A stretch of DNA of 64,000 nucleotides from the IMG/VR virus record IMGVR_UViG_3300035034_002581; one strand, 5' to 3'. Shown here piece after piece: positions 46,903-57,424 of this stretch. Numbering within the stretch: position 1 is the first letter of the stretch; the number at the start of each line of letters is the position of its first letter. The notes beneath the pieces are model-generated. The model saw only the letters and a program-made list of their open reading frames with translations. It was not told the DNA's origin and ran no database searches. Made by a program: the position numbers and the translations under genes. This DNA comes from a virus.

Positions 46903-48422
46903 TATTTCTCAACCTTAAATCTTCCGCCGACGGCCTTGTAAATCTGTTCAACGTTAGACTCTACTACTAAAAGGTCTACCGCGTATACCGCACCAGGTGC
47001 GAAGCTATCCATATACAGGTCAAAGTACATTCCCCTGCTGTCTGTGGATAATCTGGTCGTATTTCTCGTTCTATCAAAGGGTATAATTACGTCTCCTGTA
47101 TTTACATCCCTTATAGAATAATACATGAAGGGTATGATTTCACTCTTCTTTTCAAACGGAAGCTTAGAGAACTTAAAGTCAGTAAAGTGTGACTCATCTT
47201 GTGCGTGGACTCTAAACCTTGATTTTTCTGAACTTCCGTAGACAGAGTGTATATTAGTAATGTTCATCGAGTATCGTTTCTGTTCGACGTCAAAACTAGT
47301 TCTGTTGGGTGATTTTATGACAAGTGTACTTGACAAGAACGGGACCGTTCCATCGAGCGAGCCCCACACTTCTGTGAATGTTGCTGATCCTGCATTCTGT
47401 ATCTCAGTTTTAAGCAATGCATTGTTAGATTGTATTGCAAATGATGCAGAGTATACGCCTAAAACTGGATTTCCAGCTATAGTGTGTTGTGAGGCAATAA
47501 ATGACTCAGAGAATGAACCTGATGTTAGTGTGATTTGAAGGCTTTCACTTCCTGTGATTTGAGTCCCTTGCGAACCTGACACAATATTTGCGTAAGAACC
47601 GCGAGGAGTATTGTTCAGAAAAAGTGAACCTGACGTGTCAAATACAAAGTTTTCATGATTATCTTGAACGTTGTCATCAAAAGTGACAATAATACGAGGC
47701 GTCTTTCGTTTATTTGTCGAGTGCCTTGTTATAAACCTCTTTACGAACCTTGTTCTATTATCAGTCTCTTGTGAACCTGAGAATGATATTCTGAAGCCGC
47801 AATCTGGAATTAGATTTGCAACTGTTGCAGACACTATCGTTGTAACGTCCATGTAGAGATCTTCTTCTCCGCTAGAGAAGAGCTGCTCTGCCCACAAGTT
47901 TTGAATACCTACACCTGCATCGAGGACTCCACTTGATATGATGTCAATATCACTTGATCCGAGTAGACCTTGTTTATCAGCGCCTTCTTGATTCCAGAGA
48001 GAGATCACAGACTGACCTGACGCTGTTAAAAAATTTGCAGTGTCTAGGTCTTGGTACTTGCTTAAATCCCGCCCGAATCCTTCATCAAAAGACTGCGATA
48101 GAGGAAATAAGATAAGTTTAAAGTTTGTCGGAACACTTTGCCCACCATACACATCAGACAACTTTATAAAACACCTAAGGCTCGGATCATTAAGATTAAG
48201 ATTTGATGCAGTCATTGCTCTAATAGGATCGAGATCAAATTTGATTAGTGCCCTCGATAGTTCAATAGGCTCTGTAGAACCACTAATGTAAGACTCATCG
48301 TATAGTTTGAACAAATCGATAGTTCCTGCCCTACCAACGTTGCCATCAGTAGCACGGAAAGAACTGTCAACAATTTTGTTTGTAATGTATGTGTCTTTGC
48401 TTGCTGTTAAAATTCTATACAT
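46902..48422 (-). CDS. Baseplate / tail structural protein
   Basis: A 506-aa ORF. Confidence 0.35.
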   Translation of the reverse strand: MYRILTASKDTYITNKIVDSSFRATDGNVGRAGTIDLFKLYDESYISGSTEPIELSRALIKFDLDPIRAMTASNLNLNDPSLRCFIKLSDVYGGQSVPTNFKLILFPLSQSFDEGFGRDLSKYQDLDTANFLTASGQSVISLWNQEGADKQGLLGSSDIDIISSGVLDAGVGIQNLWAEQLFSSGEEDLYMDVTTIVSATVANLIPDCGFRISFSGSQETDNRTRFVKRFITRHSTNKRKTPRIIVTFDDNVQDNHENFVFDTSGSLFLNNTPRGSYANIVSGSQGTQITGSESLQITLTSGSFSESFIASQHTIAGNPVLGVYSASFAIQSNNALLKTEIQNAGSATFTEVWGSLDGTVPFLSSTLVIKSPNRTSFDVEQKRYSMNITNIHSVYGSSEKSRFRVHAQDESHFTDFKFSKLPFEKKSEIIPFMYYSIRDVNTGDVIIPFDRTRNTTRLSTDSRGMYFDLYMDSFAPGAVYAVDLLVVESNVEQIYKAVGGRFKVEK

Positions 48423-48433
48423 TTTTGTGCCCT

Positions 48434-50281
48434 TTAGACTGCGCTTCCGATAATGTCAAAGTCTGGATATCTTACTTCAAATATTGAACCTGGTGGCCCA
48501 ATTATGAGTCCCTTGAATGTATTTGAACTAACATTAAACGCAGAGTTTGAGTAAGCCCTCTCAAGTACGTTTCCACTAATCCCAGTAATTTTTAGATTGA
48601 TAATTGATAAGACACCTGGTGTATTAATGATGATGTTTGTAATATCTGCAGTTGATATTGGCTGATCTATCTGGAAGTTCTTGATGTTAAAGTACTCCTT
48701 AAGATCAGAGATTACGTTTTGAACTGCCAATCTCTTGTTTGTATTTGGTTCAACTGCAACTTGAAATGTCACCTTTGTGTTTATTACTTGAGCATCAAGA
48801 ATGTCAATTGCATCAGAGATAAGACGGAACTGGTTTAGATAAGTTCTTAGATTCTTCTTAAGTGTGTCAGGAGAAGTCACAAGTTTCTTCTGTCTATCCC
48901 TGCTTGTTATGAATAGCTGCGTAGACAGTGGATTGTTTGGATTAGATCTTACGCCAGCTCTAAAAACTCGACCAAAACCAGATGGCATTGTATACACACG
49001 TGCCAATAGATCTTCTCGTGTGACAATCCTTGATTGTGCATTTCTTGCTGCTGGTATTTTTGATCTTAGTTCATCAAGAGTTAGAGCGTCGTCTCCTCCT
49101 CTTGCTACAGAGTCATTCCTAATGTCTATAGACGCTCTTACCTGCGATGCTACGGTGCTAGACGGCATTCCTGGAAAACTTATAATCAGCTTATCAAGTG
49201 TTCTTATTGTTCCTGCAGCAACATTGTGAGAAAGCCCGCCACCATGTCTATACTGAATTGTAAGTGTAGTATTGACGGGTGCAATTCCCAAAGTCTGCGT
49301 TCGAAGAAGACTGTTAGGATCTATTGCAAACCTTGAAAAGTTATTTTTTCCATAAAGCGGAACTCCCAAGTCACTTGGATCAGGAATAATATCGTCATCT
49401 AGGGAATCAGCGCGGCCGCCGCCAAACTGAACTGTTGTAAGTCCTGTCTGTAAACTTGTACTTTTGACGTACCTATACGGTGCAGGGACTACTTCGAGAT
49501 TTTCTTTTACGAGCTCGCCGTCCTCATCAAGATTAGTAATACCTCTAAACACTGTATCTTGTGTAAGCGCTTCGACTTCATAGTACTCATTGTTGTCAGA
49601 GTCTTTAACACTAATAATCTGTGTAACATTTTCTTGTGACAGTGTTAACTTTCTAAATCTGACTAGTGAATCAGGAATTCTAAATGTCTGAGTCGCTGTA
49701 GAACCTGACACTGCTAAAACTGTCCTTACAAGCACATAAGACGTTGGGACTCCGCTTGAGTCAGTTGATGCGATTATAACATCTGACGTGAGAAGACCTG
49801 TTGTTTCGTCTTGTTCACCAAAGTCAATGTCAGACAGTATTTCGAACAATACACCACTGTTCGATCTAGAAACTGATCCCTGTAGTATTTTCGGCAGTGC
49901 AGAGGACTGGGGCTGGTAGTTACCAGATGATAACTCTGCAGGGACTTCAATTGCTACTTTGATTAGTACAACCGCAGGAGGCGCACCTTCTATTTTGACT
50001 CCTGCAGCTCTAATCAATCTTTCAATGTTTTTTGTTTCTACTGCACTTTCAACATTAAGTTCATTAAACTGGTGATCAAGATAGAATGAGTTTACATCAC
50101 CAACATAAGCAGCAAGATCTAAAAGTAGACCTCCTAGAGAAGCCTCTGAGAAGTCTTTGATCCTATCTGGGAAAAATGTCTTAGTGTATCTAGACAGATC
50201 ACTTCTGAAGCCGTCAAAATCTTTGTTAAGATAAGTTCTGCTTCTTTTTGTGCGAAGTTTCTTTTTAATGTCAAAGGTCAT
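48434..50281 (-). CDS. Baseplate wedge protein (Baseplate_J / gp6-like)
   Basis: A 615-aa ORF adjacent to the gp25-like gene. Its N-terminal FPDRIKDFSEASLGGLLLDLAAYVGDVNSFYLDHQFNE...IERLIRAAGVKIEGAPPAVVLIKV matches the Baseplate_J pattern. Confidence 0.5.
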   Translation of the reverse strand: MTFDIKKKLRTKRSRTYLNKDFDGFRSDLSRYTKTFFPDRIKDFSEASLGGLLLDLAAYVGDVNSFYLDHQFNELNVESAVETKNIERLIRAAGVKIEGAPPAVVLIKVAIEVPAELSSGNYQPQSSALPKILQGSVSRSNSGVLFEILSDIDFGEQDETTGLLTSDVIIASTDSSGVPTSYVLVRTVLAVSGSTATQTFRIPDSLVRFRKLTLSQENVTQIISVKDSDNNEYYEVEALTQDTVFRGITNLDEDGELVKENLEVVPAPYRYVKSTSLQTGLTTVQFGGGRADSLDDDIIPDPSDLGVPLYGKNNFSRFAIDPNSLLRTQTLGIAPVNTTLTIQYRHGGGLSHNVAAGTIRTLDKLIISFPGMPSSTVASQVRASIDIRNDSVARGGDDALTLDELRSKIPAARNAQSRIVTREDLLARVYTMPSGFGRVFRAGVRSNPNNPLSTQLFITSRDRQKKLVTSPDTLKKNLRTYLNQFRLISDAIDILDAQVINTKVTFQVAVEPNTNKRLAVQNVISDLKEYFNIKNFQIDQPISTADITNIIINTPGVLSIINLKITGISGNVLERAYSNSAFNVSSNTFKGLIIGPPGSIFEVRYPDFDIIGSAV

Positions 50282-50286
50282 AGTTT

Positions 50287-50817
50287 TTATCCGGCAAAGA
50301 AGAGAGAAAGCTCAAGGGCCTTGCTGTTTAGCGATATTTTAGGTACGTCGTATGTAATGAGAAGCCTAATCTCTGTTACATTACTTTCTTGTACACGTCC
50401 AACAATTGTCTTTTGAAAGTCTTTGAGTTCAATGTAAGACATCCATTTGCTTGTTGCAGATTTTATCCGAGTCATTACTTCACTGTCAAACTCGTCAGAT
50501 GTAAGCTCAATTGTCAGAGGTTTAAGATTTGCACCAAAGTCATAGAAACCGACTCTCTCACCCCAATTTGTTAAAAGTAAGTTTCTGAGGTTGTCTTGGA
50601 TTTGATCACCAAGACTAAAGTGCATAGCGAAAATGCCATCATTCTTCTCACCAAGTCTCAATGGAGTTTTAAGGCCGATCGGAGATTCGTTTACTTTTTG
50701 TTTAAAAGTTCGATCTGTTGACAGAACACCTACACTCTTAAAGCTATAAGTCTTAGGACGAGATTCAATTGTAGTCACCCCATCAGATGAATTGGGATAT
50801 GTAATTGTTCTTGCCAT
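50287..50817 (-). CDS. Baseplate wedge protein (gp25 / GPW family, lysozyme-like fold)
   Basis: A 176-aa ORF. NLLLTNWGERVGFYDFGANLKPLTIELTSDE...SKWMSYIEL matches the GPW_gp25 pattern (GER...P.FG..L..L+FE). Confidence 0.55.
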   Translation of the reverse strand: MARTITYPNSSDGVTTIESRPKTYSFKSVGVLSTDRTFKQKVNESPIGLKTPLRLGEKNDGIFAMHFSLGDQIQDNLRNLLLTNWGERVGFYDFGANLKPLTIELTSDEFDSEVMTRIKSATSKWMSYIELKDFQKTIVGRVQESNVTEIRLLITYDVPKISLNSKALELSLFFAG

Positions 50818-50855
50818 TTAGTTCCCCTAGAGCTAAGTAGGCTTTTCCTCCGAAA

Positions 50856-51101
50856 TCATGTAATGTTTCCGGTTCCAGTCACTCTACCATTTGACAAAGG
50901 TCTACTTGATGTGGACGTTACCTTAGTTTTGACTGTGCCCGATTTTACATATGCTTCAATAGCCTTCTTAAGCTCTTTTGCTAATTCTGTATACTTCTCT
51001 TCGGATTCTTTTCTAGCTGATTCTGGTATCTTGTCAGATGAAAACACTTTGATAAAAGCTTGTACAAGATCATTTTCTAACTTTTTAGAGTCTAGTGACA
51101 T
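50856..51101 (-). CDS. Hypothetical small protein
   Basis: An 81-aa ORF. Confidence 0.3.
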   Translation of the reverse strand: MSLDSKKLENDLVQAFIKVFSSDKIPESARKESEEKYTELAKELKKAIEAYVKSGTVKTKVTSTSSRPLSNGRVTGTGNIT

Positions 51102-51102
51102 T

Positions 51103-52581
51103 TTACTCTCCGAATATCTTTTTTGATTGTGCTTGATCTAGTCGTGCAGAAAGCGCGTTAAGTTTTGCTATTTTTTGTGTCAAAGACGGGATTGATCCAA
51201 CAAGTCCAGGTGCTGGGGTTCCTGGTGCAGCTACAGGCAGACCAAACTGTGTAATCAATGTAGTATAAAGATCAGTCGTAATATCAATTAGCTCGTTCAT
51301 TTGATCTTTGTATTCGCTAAATTTGATGTAAGGTTCGGTACCTTTAGGACCTGGTCCACTACCTCCGGGCCTTCCCATATAAATAACTTCTGCATCTATT
51401 TGAACTGCACCATCATGAAGAAGGTAAATAGCCGCTCTGTCTTCTCCTGATGTTCCTTCTTTGATGATTCTTATACTTCCGTTGATATTGTTTTCATCAT
51501 CTTTTCTGGCAATTATTCTAACTTCATCGGACTTCATGACCGCTGCAGCTGTGTCTACTTTTTCATCAATAGTAGAGCCGATTCCATCTGCTATCTCATA
51601 TGGGAACCTTCCGTCTACGTCAGTCTTCATCGACAAATACACACGTGAAGCATCACTTATATAATTCGGATCACCTTCATTTGGATTAGGCGTGTTTCCT
51701 GACTCTGCTGTATTCTTGTCTGTTTCTACGTAGCCACGAGTATTTTCAACGGTTGGTTGTTGAGTATTTTCTGGAACCTCTCCTGGACCTTTCGGAAAAC
51801 GACCACGACCAACAACTGCATCGATTGTTCCCGACTTATCTTTTGTGTTTTCTGATTGGACTGGTCCTTCTCTGTCATCTGTTAAGACGATCAATGAATT
51901 GTTTGATCCTTGAATGACAAGATCTCCAGGTCTCTTTGTAAATCTTGGAACAGATTCAGCACTAAAGCTCGAGAACGACGGATCGCTATTTACAATATTT
52001 TCATAGCCTTTTTCGTCAGACAATGTCTTAGAGTTTTTTGTTCCAGCACCGTTGGGGAACCCTGGCACTTTACTGTCAGGCTCATTTGTTTTGTCAAGTG
52101 TAGATCTTACAATCTTTGAAACAAATTTTCTATCTGCATGTGTATAGTTTGCATCTTCAACATGATCAGGCTCACTAGTTTTCCATAGCCAGTACGGAAG
52201 GCTTCCACCTGCTCCTGGATTTTCATATGCAATCCATACTTGTTCGCCTGCCTTTGCAGGAAAGCACATGTGAGAAGGCAAAAACGGGTATGCTACAATA
52301 GGTTCGCCGCCTCTATTATCCTGGTTGCCTGTGACAACCCTAATAACAACAGAATTTCTTGGTGCAGAGAGCAGGTATGATGGATTCAAGACAAGCTCTT
52401 CAATCTCTTTAAGATCTTCTGGCGTTAGTTGTTTGGGATCGTGAAGATATCTGACAACTACTGCTCTAAGAAATGTTCCGGGTGTACCTCCAGTTCTTAA
52501 AGAGCCGATTTCAGCTTGAACACCAGTGCTCGCCGGTGCTGTTATTCTTCGTGATACATTAATTCCTTTACCAGTACTCAT
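51103..52581 (-). CDS. Baseplate central spike / hub protein (gp5 / VgrG-like OB-fold)
   Basis: A 492-aa ORF. SVVIRVVTGNQDNRGGEPIVAYPFLPSHMCFPAKAGEQVWIAYENPGAGGSLPYW matches the gp5/VgrG OB-fold signature (GRVRV...WARV...P.GE.V.V.FE.GD...P...G). Confidence 0.45.
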   Translation of the reverse strand: MSTGKGINVSRRITAPASTGVQAEIGSLRTGGTPGTFLRAVVVRYLHDPKQLTPEDLKEIEELVLNPSYLLSAPRNSVVIRVVTGNQDNRGGEPIVAYPFLPSHMCFPAKAGEQVWIAYENPGAGGSLPYWLWKTSEPDHVEDANYTHADRKFVSKIVRSTLDKTNEPDSKVPGFPNGAGTKNSKTLSDEKGYENIVNSDPSFSSFSAESVPRFTKRPGDLVIQGSNNSLIVLTDDREGPVQSENTKDKSGTIDAVVGRGRFPKGPGEVPENTQQPTVENTRGYVETDKNTAESGNTPNPNEGDPNYISDASRVYLSMKTDVDGRFPYEIADGIGSTIDEKVDTAAAVMKSDEVRIIARKDDENNINGSIRIIKEGTSGEDRAAIYLLHDGAVQIDAEVIYMGRPGGSGPGPKGTEPYIKFSEYKDQMNELIDITTDLYTTLITQFGLPVAAPGTPAPGLVGSIPSLTQKIAKLNALSARLDQAQSKKIFGE

Positions 52582-52586
52582 ATTTA

Positions 52587-52973
52587 TTAGCCTTCTTGGA
52601 TCTGAGCGAATATTGAATCTGCATCAGCTCCCTTCTCTTCCTCGTCTTGCGCTTTTTGAACTAACTCGGCAAGCTTAATGAGTTGATCATTAGCCCTTGA
52701 CATTCTCTCAACATACTTTGCAAGAATTGGACCATTTAACTGGTGCTCAGCAGCTTTTGACTTTGTCTCAATAAATAGATCAGTAAACAGTATATATGCA
52801 TGCATTCTGTCGTCTACAGCATTTTCGTAAATATGCATCCACAGCATTTTCTTTTTGTCTTGTAGCGTTTCAAGTGATGTTAGAAGCTCTTTGAACTCTC
52901 CGATTTTATCTTGTTTTACCTTTTCAAGATCGCCAATTCCTTTTCTCAAAACTTCTTTTTTGTCCTTGCTCAT
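52587..52973 (-). CDS. Hypothetical coiled-coil protein
   Basis: A 128-aa ORF. Confidence 0.35.
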   Translation of the reverse strand: MSKDKKEVLRKGIGDLEKVKQDKIGEFKELLTSLETLQDKKKMLWMHIYENAVDDRMHAYILFTDLFIETKSKAAEHQLNGPILAKYVERMSRANDQLIKLAELVQKAQDEEEKGADADSIFAQIQEG

Positions 52974-53008
52974 TTTATGTCTTCACCCTTCGTAATAGGT
53001 ATCACAGT

Positions 53009-53737
53009 CTAGAAGATCCCAAAGTCGTCTGACCTCGAAAGTTCACGATAATGTTTTCTAATCTGTGACATTGCAACAGATAGCTGCTTAGGATTAAGTC
53101 CTGATAGATCTCTGATGTATACGAAGATCGCTCTTTTGTTCAAGAACTCAAGATTGTTAATGTGATCGAATATCTTGATAACAGCGTTAATGCAAAGAAG
53201 CTCATTTTCATTTGATGTTCTGAGTTTTATCTCTTTAAGGAGCTTGACAATCTCATCGGTCCTTTCTTTTTCGATCATTACAGCATCTGGTGGCGGAACA
53301 ACCTTGTAACTTGCAATCTCTGACTTCTGATCTATACTGAGAGATTCTTGATCGTCCATACTGATGTGGCGCCTGTTTCTCTTTGACTTTTTCTTTGATT
53401 GAATTATCAACCAGTTCCTAGCAACGACGTTAAAATAAGAGAATGCCTTAGTCCCTCTTTCAGGCTTCCATTTGTATATCGTCTCATAGAGGAAAGAGAC
53501 ACAGTCATTCTTTAGTGTTTCAAATGAGTCGAAAGACTTATTAAAACCGTGCATAAAGATTAAGTTCTCTGCCAATTTATCAAAAGCAGGAAGGATATCT
53601 TTCTTGTACAAGACTTCTTTTTCACGATCTGATTCAGTATCTTGATATTGAATAATCGCTGCCTGTGTATCAAGATTGAAATACATATTTCGCTTTGTCT
53701 TTTTCCTTCTAATAGTTCGTTTCTTCTTGACTGCCAT
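53009..53737 (-). CDS. Late-transcription sigma factor (gp55-like)
   Basis: A 242-aa ORF with a basic N-terminus. [15 protein letters not shown] resembles gp55 [38 protein letters not shown] resembles [48 protein letters not shown] resembles [28 protein letters not shown] (a region-2-like block). Confidence 0.55.
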   Translation of the reverse strand: [242 protein letters not shown]

Positions 53738-54064
53738 CTACTCCCCCTGTTCTTCAATTGCTGTCGTATCTATAGCTGCTGTCATTGAATTAGCAACATA
53801 GAGTATTGCATCTCTAGTCATACTTATGTCCTCGATCGCCCGCCGGACTTCAGGACTATCGAAAAATATGTCTTTTTCAAGTAGTTTAGACAGGGAATCA
53901 TACCTTTCATCAAAAATATCAAGAGAGGCTTCGATCGCTGATTGGACGTCCAGGATTACTAAGCCCCACTTGTAGTTAATTAACAAAGAAGCTAATAGAA
54001 GCACAGCAAGAGAAATTGTCATAGAAATCAAGGCTGCGAACCACAGTGTTGGTATTTGAATCAC
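53738..54064 (-). CDS. Small membrane protein (single N-terminal TM helix)
   Basis: A 108-aa ORF. LWFAALISMTISLAVLLLASLLI is a predicted transmembrane segment. Confidence 0.4.
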   Translation of the reverse strand: MIQIPTLWFAALISMTISLAVLLLASLLINYKWGLVILDVQSAIEASLDIFDERYDSLSKLLEKDIFFDSPEVRRAIEDISMTRDAILYVANSMTAAIDTTAIEEQGE

Positions 54065-55227
54065 TTAAAATATCCATCTAGTTCTTTGTTATACTTTTCT
54101 TCAACTGAAGCCTGACTAAACTCTTTCTGTATCTTCACACTTAATTCTTTAGCCCAATCAGCTGGTGCTTCAGAGCCATTTCTAAACTTTTTGATTTTTT
54201 TCTTAAAATCTTTCTCGTTTGGCTGTGCCCAGCTAGTATTGGGAAGAAAAATTTGATTGTCAACTCTTTCTTTTGGAATCGGTATCATAGAGTAGTTAAT
54301 TTTTATGAACTTACCTAGATTCATAAAATCTAGATGTCCAGACCAGTTTGTTGCTACGACTGGCAAACCTGAAGCGGCGGCTTCTAGAATTGGTAGACCG
54401 AAGCCTTCGCCCCTTGTTAGATTGACTAGAGCTTTTACATCGTCTCTTCTATAGAGACCAACCATCTCTGATGTTGTCATATTGCCGTGCAGTAAATACA
54501 CAGCAGGATACTGTCCTTTTCTGTTCTCTTGTAAGAATCGATTTAACATTACCTGTGTGTTCTTTCTATCAATAGAAGTGTTTCTGCTGCTATTTGTTTT
54601 CAATATGATACCTACATTAGGATCGTTATGAAAAGCATCACAGAGCCACTTCAGGGTTCCGAAAGTATTCTTTCTATCGCTATTGCTATCGTTACCTGTA
54701 ATTTGGCCGACCATTAGAAAATTAAAGCTAGTACTAAGCTCAAGATCAAGAGATGATGTGTCTTCATCAAATACATCTTCAAAAAACGATTCATGAATAA
54801 CAGAGACTTTTGTGCTTGTCTTTCCTGTTCTTTCAATTGTTTCTTTGACATGGCTTGATGGAACAACTACGTGATTCATCGAATTACAGCATGCTAACCA
54901 CTCTGGATTACATTTATCTGTCTCTACAAAAGCTGATACGCCGATGTTCGTCTTTGCCAATGCGGGATCCCACTCATTAGGTAACAAAACCTGGACTGAT
55001 ACGTCAGCATGATGTTGAACACTAATTGACGTGGAACACGCCATAATTTTTCCAATTAGCCCTTTCTCAACGTCAGGATCTAAATACCAGGAAGTTCTTC
55101 CCCACGGAACGATCTGTGTTATTAGCTTAATGTCATTTCGATTTGAAAGCCATCGAAATATTTGTCTGGAGTGGACGCCATATCCACTAGCTGATAGTAG
55201 CGGTGCACGAAGAATAACTGTCTTCAT
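54061..55227 (-). CDS. Glycosyltransferase, GT4 family
   Basis: The ORF-track start at 55320 overlaps the upstream gene. The likely start is MKTVILRAP at 55227. GEGFGLPILEAAASGLPVVATNWSGHLDF is an E-x7-E GT4 motif. Confidence 0.65.
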   Translation of the reverse strand: MKTVILRAPLLSASGYGVHSRQIFRWLSNRNDIKLITQIVPWGRTSWYLDPDVEKGLIGKIMACSTSISVQHHADVSVQVLLPNEWDPALAKTNIGVSAFVETDKCNPEWLACCNSMNHVVVPSSHVKETIERTGKTSTKVSVIHESFFEDVFDEDTSSLDLELSTSFNFLMVGQITGNDSNSDRKNTFGTLKWLCDAFHNDPNVGIILKTNSSRNTSIDRKNTQVMLNRFLQENRKGQYPAVYLLHGNMTTSEMVGLYRRDDVKALVNLTRGEGFGLPILEAAASGLPVVATNWSGHLDFMNLGKFIKINYSMIPIPKERVDNQIFLPNTSWAQPNEKDFKKKIKKFRNGSEAPADWAKELSVKIQKEFSQASVEEKYNKELDGYFK

Positions 55228-55228
55228 A

Positions 55229-56485
55229 TTATTTCCCCTCGATCTTTGTGCAAGACCATCTTGTGTAGTTTTCTTTCCAGTTCTTGATTGTGTCTTTGAG
55301 AGTTTCATCCCACTTATCAATTGTGTCTTGATGATTAAACTCAGACTTTACATAATCTATGCACTTCTTGCCTAGCTCTTTTCGACCTTCTGGTCCAAAG
55401 TTGTACATTTTTAAGAACCCCTCAGCTACTGTCTCTATAGTAACGTAGTCTTCGTAAATGTAAGGTACTTGTTGGGATCCGACTAGTGATTTTGTTTCAA
55501 CGGGTAGAGCGACTCCGTTCTCAGAACCATCTCTGTGATCCACAACTTGTCGTGTCAAACCACCGGTCTTTACAGCAATGATGGGTGTTCCAGTTTGCAT
55601 AGCCTCAAGGGTACCAAGACCAAAACCTTCTGCAAAAGAAATATTTACATAGCAGTCAGCAATGTTGTGAAGAACATTTATTTTTTCAAAGTTCAATCTA
55701 TCTCGCGAGAAGATAATGTTAGGGACAACGCCGAATGCTTCAGCGGTCGCAAAAAGATTAGGACCCTCAGAATCAGTAGGATCTGTGTGCATAATGAGAG
55801 ATGCATTTCTATGACCATGTTCTTCTTCAAGTCTGTCAAGGAATTTTGCCCAAGATGCAATAACATCGTTTGGGCGCTTCCGCTTCGCGTTTCTATTAAT
55901 CCAGAGAGCAACGAAATGATCTTTGCGATCTGGACCTAGAATCTGTGGTTTGAGTGTCTTGATTGCGTCGTCTTCAAGTTTAAAAAACAATTCTTCTGGC
56001 AAAGAGTGTGGTATAAAGTTTGTCTTTTCTGGAAAGTTCTCTGAAACCATCTCGAATGTAAGATGTGAATGACAGTTGATAAGATCTGTTGCATCATACA
56101 AAGGATTGTTGAAGATTGGTGTAGGCCTATTATCCCAGACATGCCACCAGACTATTGGGCAAATCTGATGTATCTCGTCTTCCATTTCAAACAACCATAT
56201 GAAGAACCTTGGATCTGTGAAGATAAAAAGTGCGTCGGGTTTTTCTTGAGCAAGAATTAAGCGAAGCATATCCGGACTTCCAAATCCATCAATTGGTTTG
56301 ATGATAAAGTCTGGATTTACGACGGTGACATTATAGTCTTGATGCTTAATTGCTGCACCGAGTTGCCTAAATGTCCAGTCACCTTTCTTGATTAGTCCGT
56401 TGATTAAGTGTCTACTCTGTGTACCTACGCCTGACGTTGATAGTGCGTGGTCAGAGATCATCAAAATCTTTTTCTTTTCTGACAT
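55229..56485 (-). CDS. Glycosyltransferase, GT4 family
   Basis: A 418-aa ORF with AEGFGLGTLEAMQTGTPIIAVKTGGLTRQV. Confidence 0.65.
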   Translation of the reverse strand: MSEKKKILMISDHALSTSGVGTQSRHLINGLIKKGDWTFRQLGAAIKHQDYNVTVVNPDFIIKPIDGFGSPDMLRLILAQEKPDALFIFTDPRFFIWLFEMEDEIHQICPIVWWHVWDNRPTPIFNNPLYDATDLINCHSHLTFEMVSENFPEKTNFIPHSLPEELFFKLEDDAIKTLKPQILGPDRKDHFVALWINRNAKRKRPNDVIASWAKFLDRLEEEHGHRNASLIMHTDPTDSEGPNLFATAEAFGVVPNIIFSRDRLNFEKINVLHNIADCYVNISFAEGFGLGTLEAMQTGTPIIAVKTGGLTRQVVDHRDGSENGVALPVETKSLVGSQQVPYIYEDYVTIETVAEGFLKMYNFGPEGRKELGKKCIDYVKSEFNHQDTIDKWDETLKDTIKNWKENYTRWSCTKIEGK

Positions 56486-56538
56486 GTTTCCTCACAAAAA
56501 GCTTAGTCAATCATACCAGCCATTGCTGAGAAAGTTAA

Positions 56539-57393
56539 TCAAATCAATTTGCAGTGTTCTGTTTCAAAGAACTCACAGAATTTGCAGCTGTATCTATTCT
56601 TAAGGTGCATCCTTCTGTTGACAAGAGTGAACATACTCTTTACTTTCTTGACAGCTCTCTCAATAGTGACTGGACCCGCTGATACTTTGAGAATAGAACA
56701 TCTGTTGCCGCTTGACTTCTTTGTCATGTCCGGGTTGTTTCGCTTAAGAAGCACGAAGGCACATTGAATAGATTTGTAATCAATCTTATGCTTTTGCGCC
56801 CAAAAATACTTATAGAGCACTAATTGCATTCTGACATTGTTGTCACGTCGCTTCTGTGGGTGCCATCCACCATTTCCGGCAGTTTTCCAGTCAATAATGT
56901 AATACTTAGTCTTTCCTTTCTTCTCAACTTTAATGATTGCGTCGATGAAACCCTTGAAGTAAAATCCAGTGTCAAGGAAAGGTTCTCTAAATCTTTCTTC
57001 TACTGCGACTACTTCCCAGCCGGGATATTGTTCTTCCATAAATGATGGAACACTAGCTAACATATTTTCTGCTGTGTCTAGCCAATATTGAAGAACAGGA
57101 ACTGCAGACTTATACTCTGGCCAATTATCTACGTCTGGGTAGCCGCGCTCTTCCCAAAAAGTTTTGATTTCAGATAGTGCTGACGCCGTGTCCATCTTTC
57201 GTGTTTGTAGGTAGCCTTCACAAGCTGTGTGAATTGCTTTTCCAAAGTCAGAGTATATGCTGTCTTCAAAGTCAGAAAGTTTGTCAATGTGGATAAGCTT
57301 GTGTGCCCACCCACATTCAATCCAAGTCTTAAGCTCAGAAAATGATATGTGACCCTTTCCAGTAGGTAGGGTAAGTTCTTTTTGATTAGTCAT
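56539..57393 (-). CDS. PD-(D/E)XK nuclease, Cas4 / RecB-exonuclease-like, with an Fe-S-type Cys cluster
   Basis: A 284-aa ORF. IDAII...YYIIDWKT is the D...D/ExK motif. QLVLYKY is QxxxY. There is an N-terminal Cys (IECGW) and a C-terminal CKFCEFFETEHC. Confidence 0.55.
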   Translation of the reverse strand: MTNQKELTLPTGKGHISFSELKTWIECGWAHKLIHIDKLSDFEDSIYSDFGKAIHTACEGYLQTRKMDTASALSEIKTFWEERGYPDVDNWPEYKSAVPVLQYWLDTAENMLASVPSFMEEQYPGWEVVAVEERFREPFLDTGFYFKGFIDAIIKVEKKGKTKYYIIDWKTAGNGGWHPQKRRDNNVRMQLVLYKYFWAQKHKIDYKSIQCAFVLLKRNNPDMTKKSSGNRCSILKVSAGPVTIERAVKKVKSMFTLVNRRMHLKNRYSCKFCEFFETEHCKLI

Positions 57394-57424
57394 ACCCTTA
57401 TTATACTACTTTGTGTCAGATTTT

